Positions 63,304 to 64,000 of a stretch of DNA of 64,000 nt are shown here, piece after piece (within the stretch, counting starts at the first letter, position 1; each line of letters begins with the position of its first letter). The DNA lies in contig CM068757.1 in the NCBI GenBank assembly GCA_035084275.1, positions 12,214,001-12,278,000 of the forward strand, written 5' to 3'. Position numbers and translations under genes: made by a program. The notes below the pieces were generated by a model. The model was not told the DNA's origin, made no database searches, and worked only from the letters and a program-made list of their open reading frames with translations. The DNA comes from Hydrolagus colliei. Lineage: Eukaryota.

Positions 63304-63711
63304 ACTGTCTGAATACGTGCGGCTAGCCTGTCTCTTATAAGTGTACAACGCAATTACAAATGTACATGAATCTGCCCCTGCCCTTTGGAACTCCAAACCC
63401 AGTCCTCTCGCCTTGTTCCCTCCCTTGCCTCATTCAAAGCCCATCTCAAGACCATCCTCTTCGACCACGCTTTTGGCCACCTCAGTGCCCTCCAAACCTC
63501 CCACCAGATCAGGTCCAAATCACTGTCCACTGCCTTTGGGATGTCGTCCTGATGTGAAAGGTGCAATGTGAATGTAAATTGTTGTTGTTAGTCTAAACAG
63601 TTCCTTTCACAAAAGGAGGATGTCCCAAAGCACTTAACAGTACTGGCTGGGCATTTGAGTCTGGGTGTGGAAAATGGAGGGGGAGGGAAAGGTTGACTGA
63701 AAGTATGGTCA

Positions 63712-64000
63712 CCGAGGTCCCACCCTCGCCCGTCTCCACTGGCTCCCCATCCTCCAGAGGATCGAGTTCAAGATCCTCGTCCTCACCTTCAAGGCCTTAC
63801 ACGGCCTTGCCCTGCCCTACTTAACCGATTTACTCTCCCCCTATAAGCCCACCCGGACCCTCCGTTCAGCAGGACTTGGCCTGCACCAAGTCCCCCGCCC
63901 AAACCACCCCACCATCGGAGGCCGGGCCGTCAGTTTCTCCGCTCCCACCCTGTGGAATTCCATCCACCAATCCCTCCGCCTTGTTTCTTCCCTTTCCTCT
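63712..64000 (+). mobile_element. L2 3' fragment running off the window end, inverted relative to 61592-62022
   Basis: LARLHWLPILQRIEFKILVLTFKALHGLA; highly similar to the 61.6-62.0 kb copy. Confidence 0.9.

Noticed and set aside
140-63571. Many 60-140 aa ORFs with recurring peptides (e.g. [41 protein letters not shown])
   Set aside because: Translations of SINE and L2 copies, not a gene family.
1-64000. CRISPR array or prokaryotic-type operon/defence system
   Set aside because: No regularly spaced direct repeats. The sequence is intron-exon structured vertebrate DNA, and the RT fragments are ordinary CR1/L2 LINEs.

Overview
This is eukaryotic, vertebrate genomic DNA with one 189-N assembly gap. 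The repeat content (tRNA-headed SINEs, DeuSINE-like relics, L2 and CR1 LINEs) suggests a cartilaginous fish, possibly a chimaera; this is inference. The window holds one multi-exon + strand gene, IRAG1 (MRVI1). I mapped it exon by exon by hand from GT-AG boundaries and reading-frame phase. Nineteen exons from 35565 to the stop at 59576 encode about 916 aa with the recognisable IRAG1 features: the PKG-Ibeta-binding segment, the IP3R-binding coiled coil, two PKG phosphosites and a C-terminal TM anchor. Seven further phase-compatible open exons (1450-32636) extend the frame by about 465 aa, including coiled-coil sequence, and the frame probably continues past the window start. The luminal tail (LWAYSGTRHKNRAPV*) is KASH-like. 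Together these suggest a 'giant', KASH/LINC-type IRAG1 isoform, with an internal MEF2/TATA/CArG muscle promoter near 18.1-18.7 kb driving the conventional short form. The introns also contain perfect hairpins, two duplicated splice acceptors and a candidate 24-nt microexon, and there is a hAT MITE in the probable 3' UTR. I found no rRNA, true tRNA or CRISPR. Comparisons to human or zebrafish proteins are from memory and need alignment.
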